The translations under genes and the position numbers were made by a program. Under the pieces are notes generated by a model. That model ran no database searches and was not told the origin of the DNA. It saw only the letters and a program-made list of their open reading frames with translations. A stretch of DNA of 62,323 nucleotides, counting the filler, from Thermodesulfobacteriota bacterium (lineage in GTDB: Bacteria > DASVDK01): NCBI GenBank assembly GCA_036381125.1. It is 4 parts of 4 records of this genome, joined end to end, with 100 filler letters (N's around TTAATTAATTAA, not from the genome) between each part and the next. Parts side by side here need not be neighbours in the genome. Positions count along the whole stretch, not along the records: positions 45,183 to 62,323 come from DASVDK010000203.1; 3 more parts are not named here. One strand, 5' to 3'. Of this stretch, positions 48,210 through 58,737 are shown piece by piece. How positions within the stretch are numbered: position 1 is the first letter of the stretch; every line of letters starts with the position of its first letter.

Positions 48210-49432
48210 GGCCAGGCCTCGGCCAGGAACGAGCGGCCGGCCGCGAGCGGGCCGACGCCGAAGGCCTCGGCCAGCGTCGCGCCCAGGTCGGCGAAGGTCG
48301 CTCGCGTGCCGAGGGGCCGTCCGGGGCGGCCCGGACGGTAGGCCAGGAGCGGCACGTACTCGCGCGAGTGATCGGTCGACGGCGTGGTGGGGTCGCAGCC
48401 GTGGTCCGCGGTGACGAAGAGCGCGTCGTCCGGCCCGACCTGCTCGAGCAGCCGGCCGAGCGCCTCGTCGAACTCGGCGAGGCCGGCCGCGTAGCCGGCC
48501 GGGTCGTTGCGGTGCCCCCAGAGCATGTCGAAGTCCACCAGGTTCGCGAAGACCAGCTCCCGGCCGGCCGGCGGACGCCCGAGGATCCGCGCGAGCGCCG
48601 AGACCGCCTCCGCGTTGTGCGGGGCGGGGTGGTGCTCCGACACCCCGCGGCCCGTGAAGATGTCGTGGACCTTCCCGACGCCGATCACCGGCACGCCGGC
48701 CGCCGCGAGGCGATCGAGCAGCGTCTCGCCGGGCGGATCGAGCGCGTAGTCGTGCCGCCCCGCCGTCCGGACGAAGCGGCCGGGGGTCCCCTCGAAGGGC
48801 CGCGCGATCACGCGGCCGATCCCGAGGGGCCGCGTCAGCCGCCGGGCCACCTCGCAGATCTCGTGGAGCCGCGCGAGCGGGATCACCGACTCGTGGGCCG
48901 CCACCTGGAATACGCTGTCGGCGCTCGTGTAGAGGATCGGCTTGCCGGTCGCCATGTGCTCGGCGCCGAGCCGCTCGATGATCTCGGTGCCCGAGGCGGC
49001 GACGTTGCCGAGCACGCCCGGCAGCCGCGCCTCGGCCACGAAGCGCGCCACCAGGTCGGCCGGGAAGCCGTCGGGGAAGGTCGGGAAGCCGCGAGGCGAG
49101 ACGAGGCCCGCGATCTCCCAGTGCCCGGTGACCGTGTCCTTGGCGCCCGAAGCCTCCGCCATCTTGCCGTACGCGGCCAGCGGTCTCTCGGGACAGGCGA
49201 CCCCGGCGAGCGGCGGGTCGATGCAGCCCAGACCGAGCCGTTCGAGGGTCGGCACGCGGAGCCCCCCCATCGCCCGCGCGGTGTTCCCCAGGGTGTGGCT
49301 GCCGGCGTCGCCGAAGCGCGCCGCATCCGGCATGGCGCCGATCCCGACGCTGTCGAGGACGATCAGGACGGCGCGACGGACGTCGTCCGCGGGGGCCCCT
49401 TCCGCCGCTCGCCTCGACGTCCGTGCTCGCAT
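48206..49432 (-). CDS. deoB: Phosphopentomutase
   Basis: IVLDSVGIG, KDTVTGHWE, YTSADSVFQ, TADHGCDPT, DHSREYVP; start uncertain. Confidence 0.93.
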   Translation of the reverse strand: MRARTSRRAAEGAPADDVRRAVLIVLDSVGIGAMPDAARFGDAGSHTLGNTARAMGGLRVPTLERLGLGCIDPPLAGVACPERPLAAYGKMAEASGAKDTVTGHWEIAGLVSPRGFPTFPDGFPADLVARFVAEARLPGVLGNVAASGTEIIERLGAEHMATGKPILYTSADSVFQVAAHESVIPLARLHEICEVARRLTRPLGIGRVIARPFEGTPGRFVRTAGRHDYALDPPGETLLDRLAAAGVPVIGVGKVHDIFTGRGVSEHHPAPHNAEAVSALARILGRPPAGRELVFANLVDFDMLWGHRNDPAGYAAGLAEFDEALGRLLEQVGPDDALFVTADHGCDPTTPSTDHSREYVPLLAYRPGRPGRPLGTRATFADLGATLAEAFGVGPLAAGRSFLAEAWP

Positions 49433-49559
49433 GGCCACGCACCCCCGCGCGAGGCCGCGGCTTCGGCTGCGGCCTCGCCTCGCCCGCGGAGCGTACCTCC
49501 GCGCGAAGGGCCGCTGCAAACCCTGGTCAGCACAGGTCGATTCGGCTAGGATGCGCGCC

Positions 49560-50762
49560 ATGCCCCGGATCCTCTACCGGTACGTTGCGCGGGAGATGGC
49601 CGTCCCGTTCGTCCTGGGGCTCGCCGTCTTCACCCTGATCCTCTTCATGCAGCAGGTCCTCAAGCTCGTGGAGATGATCCTCAACAAGGGCGTCCCGGTG
49701 GCGACGGTGGCCGAGCTGGTGGCCTACATCCTCCCCTCCTTCCTCGGCCTCACCGTGCCGATGGCGACGCTCCTGGCGATCCTCGTGGCCTTCAGCCGCC
49801 TCTCGGGCGACAGCGAGATCACGGCGATGAAGGGGTGCGGCATCAGCCTCTATCAGGTCTGGCCCCCGGTCGTGGCCCTCGCCCTCCTGGCGTACGTGGC
49901 CAGCACGCTCCTGTCGATCCACGCGGTCCCGTGGGGCAAGCAGGGGTTCCGGCGGATCGTCTTCGAGATCGCCAACAGCCGCGCCCAGGCCGGCATCAAG
50001 GAGCGGGTGTTCAACACCGACTTCGACGGCCTCACGCTGTACGTCGACCGGGCCGACGTGAGCGGCAGCCGCCTGCAGGGCGTCTTCATCGCCGACAGCC
50101 GCGAGTCGGAGGAGCACCCGGTGATCGTCGTCGCGGCCGAGGGGCGGATCGTGTCCGACCCCGAGGCGAAGGTCGTGACCCTCGAGCTCGAGAACGCGAC
50201 GACCCACATCGCCGGCGACAACCCGGCCAAGTACCACCTGACGTCGTCGAAGCGGATGGCGATCCGCCTCGAGGTCGGCCAGGCGCTGGCCTCGTTCCAG
50301 CGCAGCGGGCTCAAGTTCGCCGACCTCACGCTCGCCGAGATGCGCGCGGAGCTTCGCCAGATCGCCGAGGGGGACCGCGAGCGGGACAAGAAGCTCGTCG
50401 CGTACTACGAGAAGTTCTCCATGCCGTTCGCCTCCCTCGTCTTCGCGCTCCTCGGCGTGCCGCTGGGGCTGCAGTCGAGGCGCTCCGGCAAGGGGACGAG
50501 CTACCCGCTGGCGATCTTCGTCTTCCTCGTCTACTACGTCCTGCTCTCCTTCGGGGAGACCCTGGGCGGGCGGGGGACGATCCCGCCGATCGTCGCCGTG
50601 TGGCTGCCCAACGTGGTCCTCGGCGCGGTCGGGATCGCGATGCTCCGCCGCGCGGCCAACGAGGGGCGGCTCGCCCTGCTCGACGGGATCCACGCGGCGG
50701 TCGAGAGCGTGGCGGCTCGGGTCCGCCAGGCCGTCGGCCGGGCGGTGCGGGGTCCCGCGTGA
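49560..50762 (+). CDS. lptF: LPS export ABC transporter permease LptF
   Basis: ILYRYVAREM, RLSGDSEITAMKGCGIS, LGVPLG, WLPNV. Confidence 0.88.
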   Translation: MPRILYRYVAREMAVPFVLGLAVFTLILFMQQVLKLVEMILNKGVPVATVAELVAYILPSFLGLTVPMATLLAILVAFSRLSGDSEITAMKGCGISLYQVWPPVVALALLAYVASTLLSIHAVPWGKQGFRRIVFEIANSRAQAGIKERVFNTDFDGLTLYVDRADVSGSRLQGVFIADSRESEEHPVIVVAAEGRIVSDPEAKVVTLELENATTHIAGDNPAKYHLTSSKRMAIRLEVGQALASFQRSGLKFADLTLAEMRAELRQIAEGDRERDKKLVAYYEKFSMPFASLVFALLGVPLGLQSRRSGKGTSYPLAIFVFLVYYVLLSFGETLGGRGTIPPIVAVWLPNVVLGAVGIAMLRRAANEGRLALLDGIHAAVESVAARVRQAVGRAVRGPA

Positions 50763-51841
50763 CCGGCATCCTCGCCAGGTACGTGGGGCGCGAGTACCTC
50801 CGCTACCTGTTCCTGGCCCTCGTCGGCTTCGTCGTCATCTACTTCGTCGTCGACTTCTTCGACCGGGTGGGGCGCTTCGTGCAGAAGGACGTGCCGGCGG
50901 ACGTCGTGGCCGAGTACTTCCTCGCGCGGGTGCCGGCTTCGGCCGTCCAGGTGATGCCGATCGCCCTGCTCCTCGCCTCGCAGCTCTCGCTGCTCGTCCT
51001 GGCGCGGAACAACGAGATCGTCGCCATGCGGGCCTGCGGCGTCTCGCCCGGCGTCGTGGTGCTCCCGTTGCTCGGGCTCGCCGCCATCGCGTCGCTGGGG
51101 TCGCTCGCGCTCTCGGAGCTCGTCGTCCCGCCCGCGTCGGCGCGCGCGCTCGCGATCGAGCGCCGCTACCTCGATCGCCCGCCGTCGGGACTCCCCGAGC
51201 GCCAGCGCAACGTCTGGTACCGGGCGGACCGCTCCATCTACTACATCAGCTCCGTCGACCGGCGCGAGAACCGCCTGGTCGGCGTGACGGTCTTCACCTT
51301 CGACGACGCCTTCAACCTCGTCCAGCGGGTCGACGCGGCCGAGGCGCGTTACGTCGGCCCCGACTGGGAGTTCCGGGACGTCGTCGAGCGGACGTTCGGT
51401 CCGGACGGCCAGGTGGCGACCGTCGAGCGCGAGCGGGCGCGCATGCCGCTGCCCGAGACGCCCTCCCAGATCGCCAGGGGCCAGCGGGAGCTCGACGCGA
51501 TGTCGTATGCCGAGCTGAAGCGCAACGTCGAGCAGCTCGAGGCGCGGGGCTACGACGTCGCCCGCTACCGCACCGACCTCCACTCGAAGCTCGCCCTCCC
51601 CGCGGCCGGCATCGTCATGACGCTCCTCGGCATCCCGCTCGCGCTCCGTGTGGGTCGCGAGGGCGGGACCGCGCGCGGCGTCGTCCTCACGCTGGCGCTC
51701 GGCTTCGCCTTCTGGGTGGCCATCTCGATCGGCCTCGCGTTCGGCCGCTCGGGCGTCCTGCCGCCGGCCGTGGCCGCCTGGGGCCCGAACCTCACCTTCT
51801 TCCTCGCCGGCGGGTACCTCTTCACCGCCGTTCGGCACTAG
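50759..51841 (+). CDS. lptG: LPS export ABC transporter permease LptG
   Basis: ILARYVGREY, RNNEIVAMRACGVS, LGIPL, AAWGPN; GTGA overlap with lptF. Confidence 0.88.
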   Translation: MTGILARYVGREYLRYLFLALVGFVVIYFVVDFFDRVGRFVQKDVPADVVAEYFLARVPASAVQVMPIALLLASQLSLLVLARNNEIVAMRACGVSPGVVVLPLLGLAAIASLGSLALSELVVPPASARALAIERRYLDRPPSGLPERQRNVWYRADRSIYYISSVDRRENRLVGVTVFTFDDAFNLVQRVDAAEARYVGPDWEFRDVVERTFGPDGQVATVERERARMPLPETPSQIARGQRELDAMSYAELKRNVEQLEARGYDVARYRTDLHSKLALPAAGIVMTLLGIPLALRVGREGGTARGVVLTLALGFAFWVAISIGLAFGRSGVLPPAVAAWGPNLTFFLAGGYLFTAVRH

Positions 51842-51864
51842 GCGGCGGGCGGGCCGCCCTCGAC

Positions 51865-51959
51865 GGGGTCAGGTCTTTCCGTTTTCCGCGGGGTCAGGTC
51901 TTTCCGTTTTCCAACCCGGGAGAACGGACAGGCCTGAAAAAATGGATACGCCCGACCCC
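51865..51959. repeat. 25-bp repeat cluster 4: two tandem copies plus two degenerate inverted copies
   Basis: GGGGTCAGGTCTTTCCGTTTTCC at 51865 and 51890; inverted GGAGAACGGACAGGCCTGA (51919) and GAAAAAATGGATACGCCCGACCCC (51936). Confidence 0.88.
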
Positions 51960-51962
51960 GGT

Positions 51963-52855
51963 CTAGATGCCGGCCTTCTCGAGGATGTCGGGGACCCGCT
52001 CCTCGAGCCCCATCGTATAGAGGTGGACGCCCTGGACGATGCCGCGCAGCTCCCGCACCTGGCGCGCGGCGATCTCGATGCCGGTCTCCACCGGGGAGGC
52101 GGACTTCTCGAGCTCCGCGATCAACGCGTCGGGGACGAAGATCCCCGGGATCTTCTCGTTGACGAAGCGCGCCATCTTCGCCGACTTGAGGACCATGATA
52201 CCGGCCAGCACGGGCGCGCCGGCGGCCTTCACCTCGGGCCGGGCCATGAAGGCCGCGACCCGACCGGCGTCGTAGACCGCCTGCGTCTGGAAGAACCGGG
52301 CGCCGGCCTCGCGCTTCTTGAGGAAGCTCTGCACCTGCCCCTCGACCTTCGCGGGGTCGGGGTTGTCCGGCGAGGCGGCGGCGCCGGGCCAGAGGTCGGC
52401 CGGGCCCGCCAGGTCGTTGCCGGCGGCGTCCTTGCCCGACGCGAGCGCCCGGACGAGCCCGATGAGGCCGTTGGTGTCCACGTCGTGGACCTCCTTGGCC
52501 TCGGGGTGATCGCCGATCCTGATCGGGTCGCCGAAGAGCGCCAGCACCTGGCGCACGCCGAACGCCGCGGCCGCGAGGAGGTCCGACTGGAGCGCCATCC
52601 GGTTGCGGTCGCGACAGGTGAGCTGCAGGATGGGATCGATCCCCTCGTCGAGGAGCGCCAGCGCTCCCCCGAGAGGCGACATCTTCACGCGCGCCGACTG
52701 GTTGTCGGTGACGTTGGCGGCGTGGACCACGCCGGCCAGCCGCCGCGCCTTCTCGCGGAACTTCGCGAGGTCGGTCCCCTTGGGCGGCTCGAACTCGGTC
52801 GTGACGACGAACTCGCCGGCGGCGAGCCCCGCGCGCAGCGTTCTCTTCGGGGCCA

Positions 52856-52856
<1 letters not shown>
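51963..52856 (-). CDS. metF: Methylenetetrahydrofolate reductase
   Basis: EFEPPKG, NVTDN, QLTCRDRNRMALQSDL, FQTQ, GVHLY. Confidence 0.9.
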
Positions 52857-54136
<1,280 letters not shown>

Positions 54137-54280
54137 TCAGGTGTTTCGGCCGCGTCGTCGGGACGTCCGACGGCCGCGGCCGCGCGCGCCGCGGCCCGGC
54201 AGCGGCGCAAGCAGGGGGGCGTCGGGAGGGCCGGGGCCGCGTCGCGACCGTCTCTCGGCCTCGCGACCCCCCGACTCCGA

Positions 54281-55450
54281 TCAGAGCCTGGCCGCCTTCC
54301 TGAGCTCCGCGGCCTTGTCCGTCTTCTCCCAGGTAAACGGCGCCTCCTCGCGGCCGAAGTGGCCGTACGCCGCGGTGCCCTTGAAGATGGGACGGAGGAG
54401 GTCGAGGTGGGTGATGATCTGCCGCGGCCTGAGGGGGAAGTGCTCGCGGACGAGCCCGGCGATGTCGGTCTCCGAGATCTTGCCGGTGCCGAAGGTGTTG
54501 ACGCTCACCGAGACCGGCTCGGCGACGCCGATGGCGTAGGCCACCTGGATCTCGGCCTGGTCGGCGAGGCCGGCCGCGACGATGTTCTTGGCCACGTAGC
54601 GGGCCATGTACGCCGCCGAGCGGTCCACCTTGCTCGGGTCCTTGCCGCTGAAGGCGCCGCCGCCGTGCCGCCCCATGCCCCCGTAGGTGTCCACGACGAT
54701 CTTGCGCCCTGTGAGCCCGCAGTCGCCCATCGGGCCGCCCACGACGAAGCGGCCGGTGGGGTTGATGTAGAACCGGGTCTGCTTGTCGAGCCACTCGCCC
54801 GGGACGACCTTCTTGACGACCTCCTCGATGATCCCCTCCTTGATGGTCGTCGAGGAGACGTCGGCCCGGTGCTGCGCCGACACGACCACGGTGTCGACCC
54901 GGAGCGGCCGCCCGGTGGCGCGGTCGTACTCGACGGTGACCTGGCTCTTGCCGTCCGGCCGCAGCCAGTCGAGGACGCCCTTCTTGCGGGCCTCGGCGAG
55001 GCGGTGGCAGATCCGGTGGGCGAAGGCGATGGGCATCGGCATCAGCTCGGGGGTCTCCCGCGTGGCGAAGCCGAACATGAGCCCCTGGTCGCCCGCCCCC
55101 TGCTCGTGGTCGGGCCGATCGTCGACGCCCATGGCGATGTCGGGCGACTGCTTGTCGATGGAGGTGATGACCGCGCAGGTCTCCCAGTCGAAGCCCATGG
55201 ACGAGTCGCAGTAGCCGATGTCCTTGATCGTCTGGCGGACGACGTCCGGCATGTGGACGTACGCGCTCGTCGTGATCTCGCCCGCGATGACCGCCATGCC
55301 CGTCGTGACGAGCGTCTCGCAGGCGACGCGCGCCCGGGGATCCTGGGCGAGGATGCCGTCGAGAATGGCGTCCGAGATCTGGTCGGCCACCTTGTCCGGG
55401 TGGCCCTCCGTGACCGACTCGGAGGTGAAGAGAAAAGTGTCCTTGGCCAT
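54281..55450 (-). CDS. metK: Methionine adenosyltransferase
   Basis: [38 protein letters not shown] at 55450. Confidence 0.97.
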   Translation of the reverse strand: MAKDTFLFTSESVTEGHPDKVADQISDAILDGILAQDPRARVACETLVTTGMAVIAGEITTSAYVHMPDVVRQTIKDIGYCDSSMGFDWETCAVITSIDKQSPDIAMGVDDRPDHEQGAGDQGLMFGFATRETPELMPMPIAFAHRICHRLAEARKKGVLDWLRPDGKSQVTVEYDRATGRPLRVDTVVVSAQHRADVSSTTIKEGIIEEVVKKVVPGEWLDKQTRFYINPTGRFVVGGPMGDCGLTGRKIVVDTYGGMGRHGGGAFSGKDPSKVDRSAAYMARYVAKNIVAAGLADQAEIQVAYAIGVAEPVSVSVNTFGTGKISETDIAGLVREHFPLRPRQIITHLDLLRPIFKGTAAYGHFGREEAPFTWEKTDKAAELRKAARL

Positions 55451-55569
55451 CGGCGTGCTGTCACCTTCTGTGTGGGTCCCGCCTCGGGCGGGCCCGGTGA
55501 ATGGGAGGCATACGCAAAACGGCCGGCGCGGGACCGGCCGCAGGCAGAGGACGGATGGACCAACCGCGG

Positions 55570-55598
55570 ATTGAAACACCCGGAAGGGGGGCTGTCAA
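55570..55598 (-). promoter_or_regulatory. Putative sigma70 promoter for metK-ahcY-metF
   Basis: Minus strand TTGACA-17 bp-TTCAAT. Confidence 0.5.
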
Positions 55599-55666
55599 CG
55601 CGAAAAAGGGCCTGGGGAGGGGAGCTTGCGACCGGGCCGTCGGTGCCGGCCGGCCCGCCCGGTCGG

Positions 55667-56060
55667 TCACGCGCCGCCCGAGGCGGACGCGATCGCGCTC
55701 CGGATCATGGACAGCCCGCCGACGACGACCAGGATCTCCATGAACGCGGAGCCCCATCGCGAGCGCCCTCAGGCCGACGGCGGCGTCGGACACGAGGAGC
55801 GCGGGGCCTGCCAGGCCGGCGCCGAGGAGCATCGGGACCCGCAGGATCCCGGCGCCGACCGTCACGCGGCTCAGGAACCCGAAGGCCGCACCGAAGGCAA
55901 GCAGGCTCCAGGTGCCCGGGACGAGCCGCTTGCCGGCCATGTCGCGCCGCAGCGGGACGGAGAGCACGAGGACGGCCCCGAGCAGCGCCTGGATATCAGC
56001 ACCGACAGGACGGGGATCACCGCCCTGGCGCCGATGATCGGGGTACGGACGACCGCGGGC
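55667..56060 (-). pseudogene. TauE/SafE-like membrane protein remnant
   Basis: Hydrophobic fragments in several frames: TPIIGARAVIPVLSV; FGAAFGFLS.VTVGAG...LLGAGLAGPALL..DA; MEILVVVGGLSMI. Confidence 0.5.
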
Positions 56061-56079
56061 GCGCGGGCGTCGCGCCGCG

Positions 56080-56283
56080 TCACCTGATCTCGTTGAAGTA
56101 GTGGAGCCGACCGGTGTGGCAGCGCATCGTGCGCCACTCGATCGGCGTGGAGTCGAGACCGCAGGCCGTCCGCTCGACCTCGAGGATCGGGGTCCCCGCC
56201 GGCAGCCCCAGCAGCCTCGAGTCCTCCGCGGAACACTCGACCGCGCGGACCCTCTCCTCGACCCGCACGATCAGGACCCGCAC
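56080..56283 (-). pseudogene. GntR/HutC UTRA domain remnant
   Basis: EERVRAV...LLGLPAGTPILEVERTA...PIEWR; no HTH domain upstream. Confidence 0.6.
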
Positions 56284-56319
56284 TGCTGCTCCATGATCAT
56301 CGGCTCGTCGGCCCCCCAC

Positions 56320-56514
56320 TCAGAAGTCCTCCTTCGGGTAGACCGGCGCGATGGGGTCGGTCCGGTCCATCTCGGCCCCGAGGGCCTCCTCCACCTGCTC
56401 CATGGCGGTCAGCCACGACGAGAGGCGGATCGCCACGTTCTCCAGCTCGTCCTCGGGGATCACGAGCCCCTGGACCGCGGCCAGCGTCGTCACCTGCTCC
56501 TTCGTGAGCGTCAT
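56320..56514 (-). CDS. Small GatC/AtzG-like amidase partner protein
   Basis: 64 aa MTLTKEQVTTLAAVQGLVIPEDEL...DPIAPVY with RBS AGGAGG, directly after the amidase. Confidence 0.65.
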   Translation of the reverse strand: MTLTKEQVTTLAAVQGLVIPEDELENVAIRLSSWLTAMEQVEEALGAEMDRTDPIAPVYPKEDF

Positions 56515-56536
56515 GCCGTGCCTCCTGCTCGCGCCG

Positions 56537-57979
56537 TCATGCCGCGGTCCTCGAGAGGTCGGGGTGCCGCGTGTGCCAGGGGGTGGCCTGCTCGTACGCG
56601 TGGGCGATCCGCAGCACGACCGCCTCTCCGAACGGCCTGCCGGCGATCTGCAGCGCGAGCGGCAGGCCGTCCGTGCTGAAGCCGGCCGGCACCGAGATCG
56701 TCGGCACGTTGGACAGGCTGAACGGGTAGGTGCTGATCCGCCGCTCGATGAGGCGCGTCGCGACATCCTCGACCGACTCCACCTTCTCCTGCATCGCCTC
56801 GATCCGCTTCGGCGGCGTGACGGTGGTCGGGCTGAGCAGCCCGTCGTACACCCGCAGCGCGTCGAGCACCTGGCGGCGGACGATCACCCGCGCCCGCATG
56901 GCGCGGTTGTAGACGGTCGCCGGGACCAGGCAGGCGGCGGCGAGCCGGGTGCGCGTGCCGCGGTCGAAGGCGTCCCAGCGGGTCCGCAGGTACTTCCTGA
57001 GGAACATGGTGGCGACGTCCGCGTCGGCCGTCAGCAGTTGCAGCGGAACGGCGAACTTGACGTAGGGGAGCGAGACCTCCTCGACCGCCGCCCCGAGGTC
57101 CCGGAGGACGGCGATCGCCCGCCGCATCGCGTCGACCACCTCGGGGTGGACGTGCCGGGCCCAGGCGATCTCCCGGACGACCGCGAGCGTCATGCCTCGG
57201 AGGTCGCTCCGGAGATGGTCGACGTAGCGGGGCACGGGGCGCGCGCTGGACAGCGGGTCGCGCGGGTCGTGGCCCGCGATCGCCTCGAGCACGAGGGCGC
57301 AGTCGGCGACCGTGCGTGTCAACGGACCGATCGTGTCGCTGGTATAGGACTCCATGACGCCGCCGTACCGGCTGACCCGGCCGTACGTGGGGCGCATCCC
57401 GACGACGCCGTTGCACGACGCCGGCCCCCGGATGGAGCCGCCGGTGTCCTCGCCGAGGGCGAACGAGCAGAGACCGGCCGCCGGCGCGATCCCGGAGCCG
57501 CTCGAGGAACTCGACGGCGTGTGCGCCAGGTTCCAGGGGTTCCTCGGCTGCCCGTAGGGGAAGTCGATCGTTCCCCCCTTGCCGAACTCGTGGAGGTTGT
57601 GCTTGCCGAGCAGGATGGCGCCCTGCTCGCGCAACCGCTCGATCACGGTCGCGTCGTGATCGGGCATCATCTCCTCCGGCCGGAGGACGCGCGTGCCGAG
57701 CGTCGTCGGCACGCCCTTGACGTGGATCTGGTCCTTGACCCCGTAGGGGAGACCGTGAAGCGGCCCCCGGTAGCGCCCCTTCGCGATCTCCGCTTCGGCC
57801 GCCCTCGCCTCGCGGAGCGCGCTCTCCTCGCAGACGGTGATGTAGGACCGCAGCTTCCCGTCCCACCGCCGGATGCGATCGAGGTAGACCTGGACCAGCT
57901 CCACCGGCGAGAGGCGTCGCTCCCGGATCAGCCTGCCCTGCTCCGCGCAGCTCAGGAATGCGAGTTCCTCGGCGTTCAT
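56537..57979 (-). CDS. Amidase signature family protein
   Basis: GPLHGLPYGVKD, NPWN..TPSSSSSGS, GEDTGGSIRGPA. Confidence 0.92.
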   Translation of the reverse strand: MNAEELAFLSCAEQGRLIRERRLSPVELVQVYLDRIRRWDGKLRSYITVCEESALREARAAEAEIAKGRYRGPLHGLPYGVKDQIHVKGVPTTLGTRVLRPEEMMPDHDATVIERLREQGAILLGKHNLHEFGKGGTIDFPYGQPRNPWNLAHTPSSSSSGSGIAPAAGLCSFALGEDTGGSIRGPASCNGVVGMRPTYGRVSRYGGVMESYTSDTIGPLTRTVADCALVLEAIAGHDPRDPLSSARPVPRYVDHLRSDLRGMTLAVVREIAWARHVHPEVVDAMRRAIAVLRDLGAAVEEVSLPYVKFAVPLQLLTADADVATMFLRKYLRTRWDAFDRGTRTRLAAACLVPATVYNRAMRARVIVRRQVLDALRVYDGLLSPTTVTPPKRIEAMQEKVESVEDVATRLIERRISTYPFSLSNVPTISVPAGFSTDGLPLALQIAGRPFGEAVVLRIAHAYEQATPWHTRHPDLSRTAA

Positions 57980-58041
57980 GACTCTCCTTCCGACGCGACG
58001 ACGGCCGGGTCTTCCGTACGGGACGCCCGCGCCGGCCCGCC

Positions 58042-58550
58042 CTACGCCGCGGCGCCGGCGGCCCTGCGCCGTCGGACGGCCCGCATCAGGGCCGGCTGGA
58101 GCAGCGAGAGGATCAGCAGCCAGGAGCGGATCAGCTCGCTCTCGACCATCCGGCCGAGCAGGAGCCCCACGACCGTCGGCGCGACCGGGTACTGATAGCG
58201 CTTCATGACCCGGCCCAGGACCGCGAAGACGAAGAGCGTGATCGGGGCCGACTGGTCCCCGGAGACGGCGCAGGAGCCGAGGGCAGCCAGGACGATCACC
58301 GACGGGATCATGATCGAGAGCGGCACCCGCACGATGTTGCCGGCGCCGATGAGGAGCACGGCCTGCGCGATGTTGCCGAAGACGATCGTGTAGACGACGT
58401 CCATGTTCTGGGTGATGAACTGCGGCCCCTCGGTGACGTTGTGCATCGCGAACGCCGCCAGGAGCCCGGATCCGGATCGGCGCGCTTCGCCACGGCGTAG
58501 GCGATCAGGTTGCTCGCCGAGGCGCCGACGCCCGGCACGGCAAACCCGTC
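58042..58550 (-). pseudogene. Tripartite tricarboxylate transporter TctA remnant
   Basis: PGVGASASNLIAYAVAKR; MHNVTEGPQF...VYTI; KRYQYPVAPTVVGLLLGRMVESEL; fragments joined by deletions or frameshifts. Confidence 0.7.
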
Positions 58551-58624
58551 GCCTCGCGACGGGTCAACGCCGCCCGGCCGCCGGTCCGATCGACGCGCGG
58601 GGCTCGGGGTCGCATCCCGATGTC

Positions 58625-58674
58625 TTGCATCTTTTAGCGGATGCAATCTACGACGCGGCGATTCCCGCGGTCAA
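58625..58674 (-). promoter_or_regulatory. Putative promoter with palindromic operator
   Basis: TTGCATC-N8-GATGCAA (58625-58646) overlapping minus-strand TTGACC-18 bp-TAGATT. Confidence 0.5.
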
Positions 58675-58737
58675 CGCCGCTCTATCGGCGGCGCCCGGCC
58701 GGCCGGGGCAGGCGGCGCCCGGCCGGGAGCCGGCGCC

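Noticed and set aside
55451..55569. SAM or SAH riboswitch in the metK leader
   Set aside because: No conserved riboswitch core was recognisable by eye; an Rfam/Infernal search would settle it
56320..57979. gatCA of the Glu-tRNA amidotransferase
   Set aside because: No gatB, the small gene follows the amidase, and the context is catabolic
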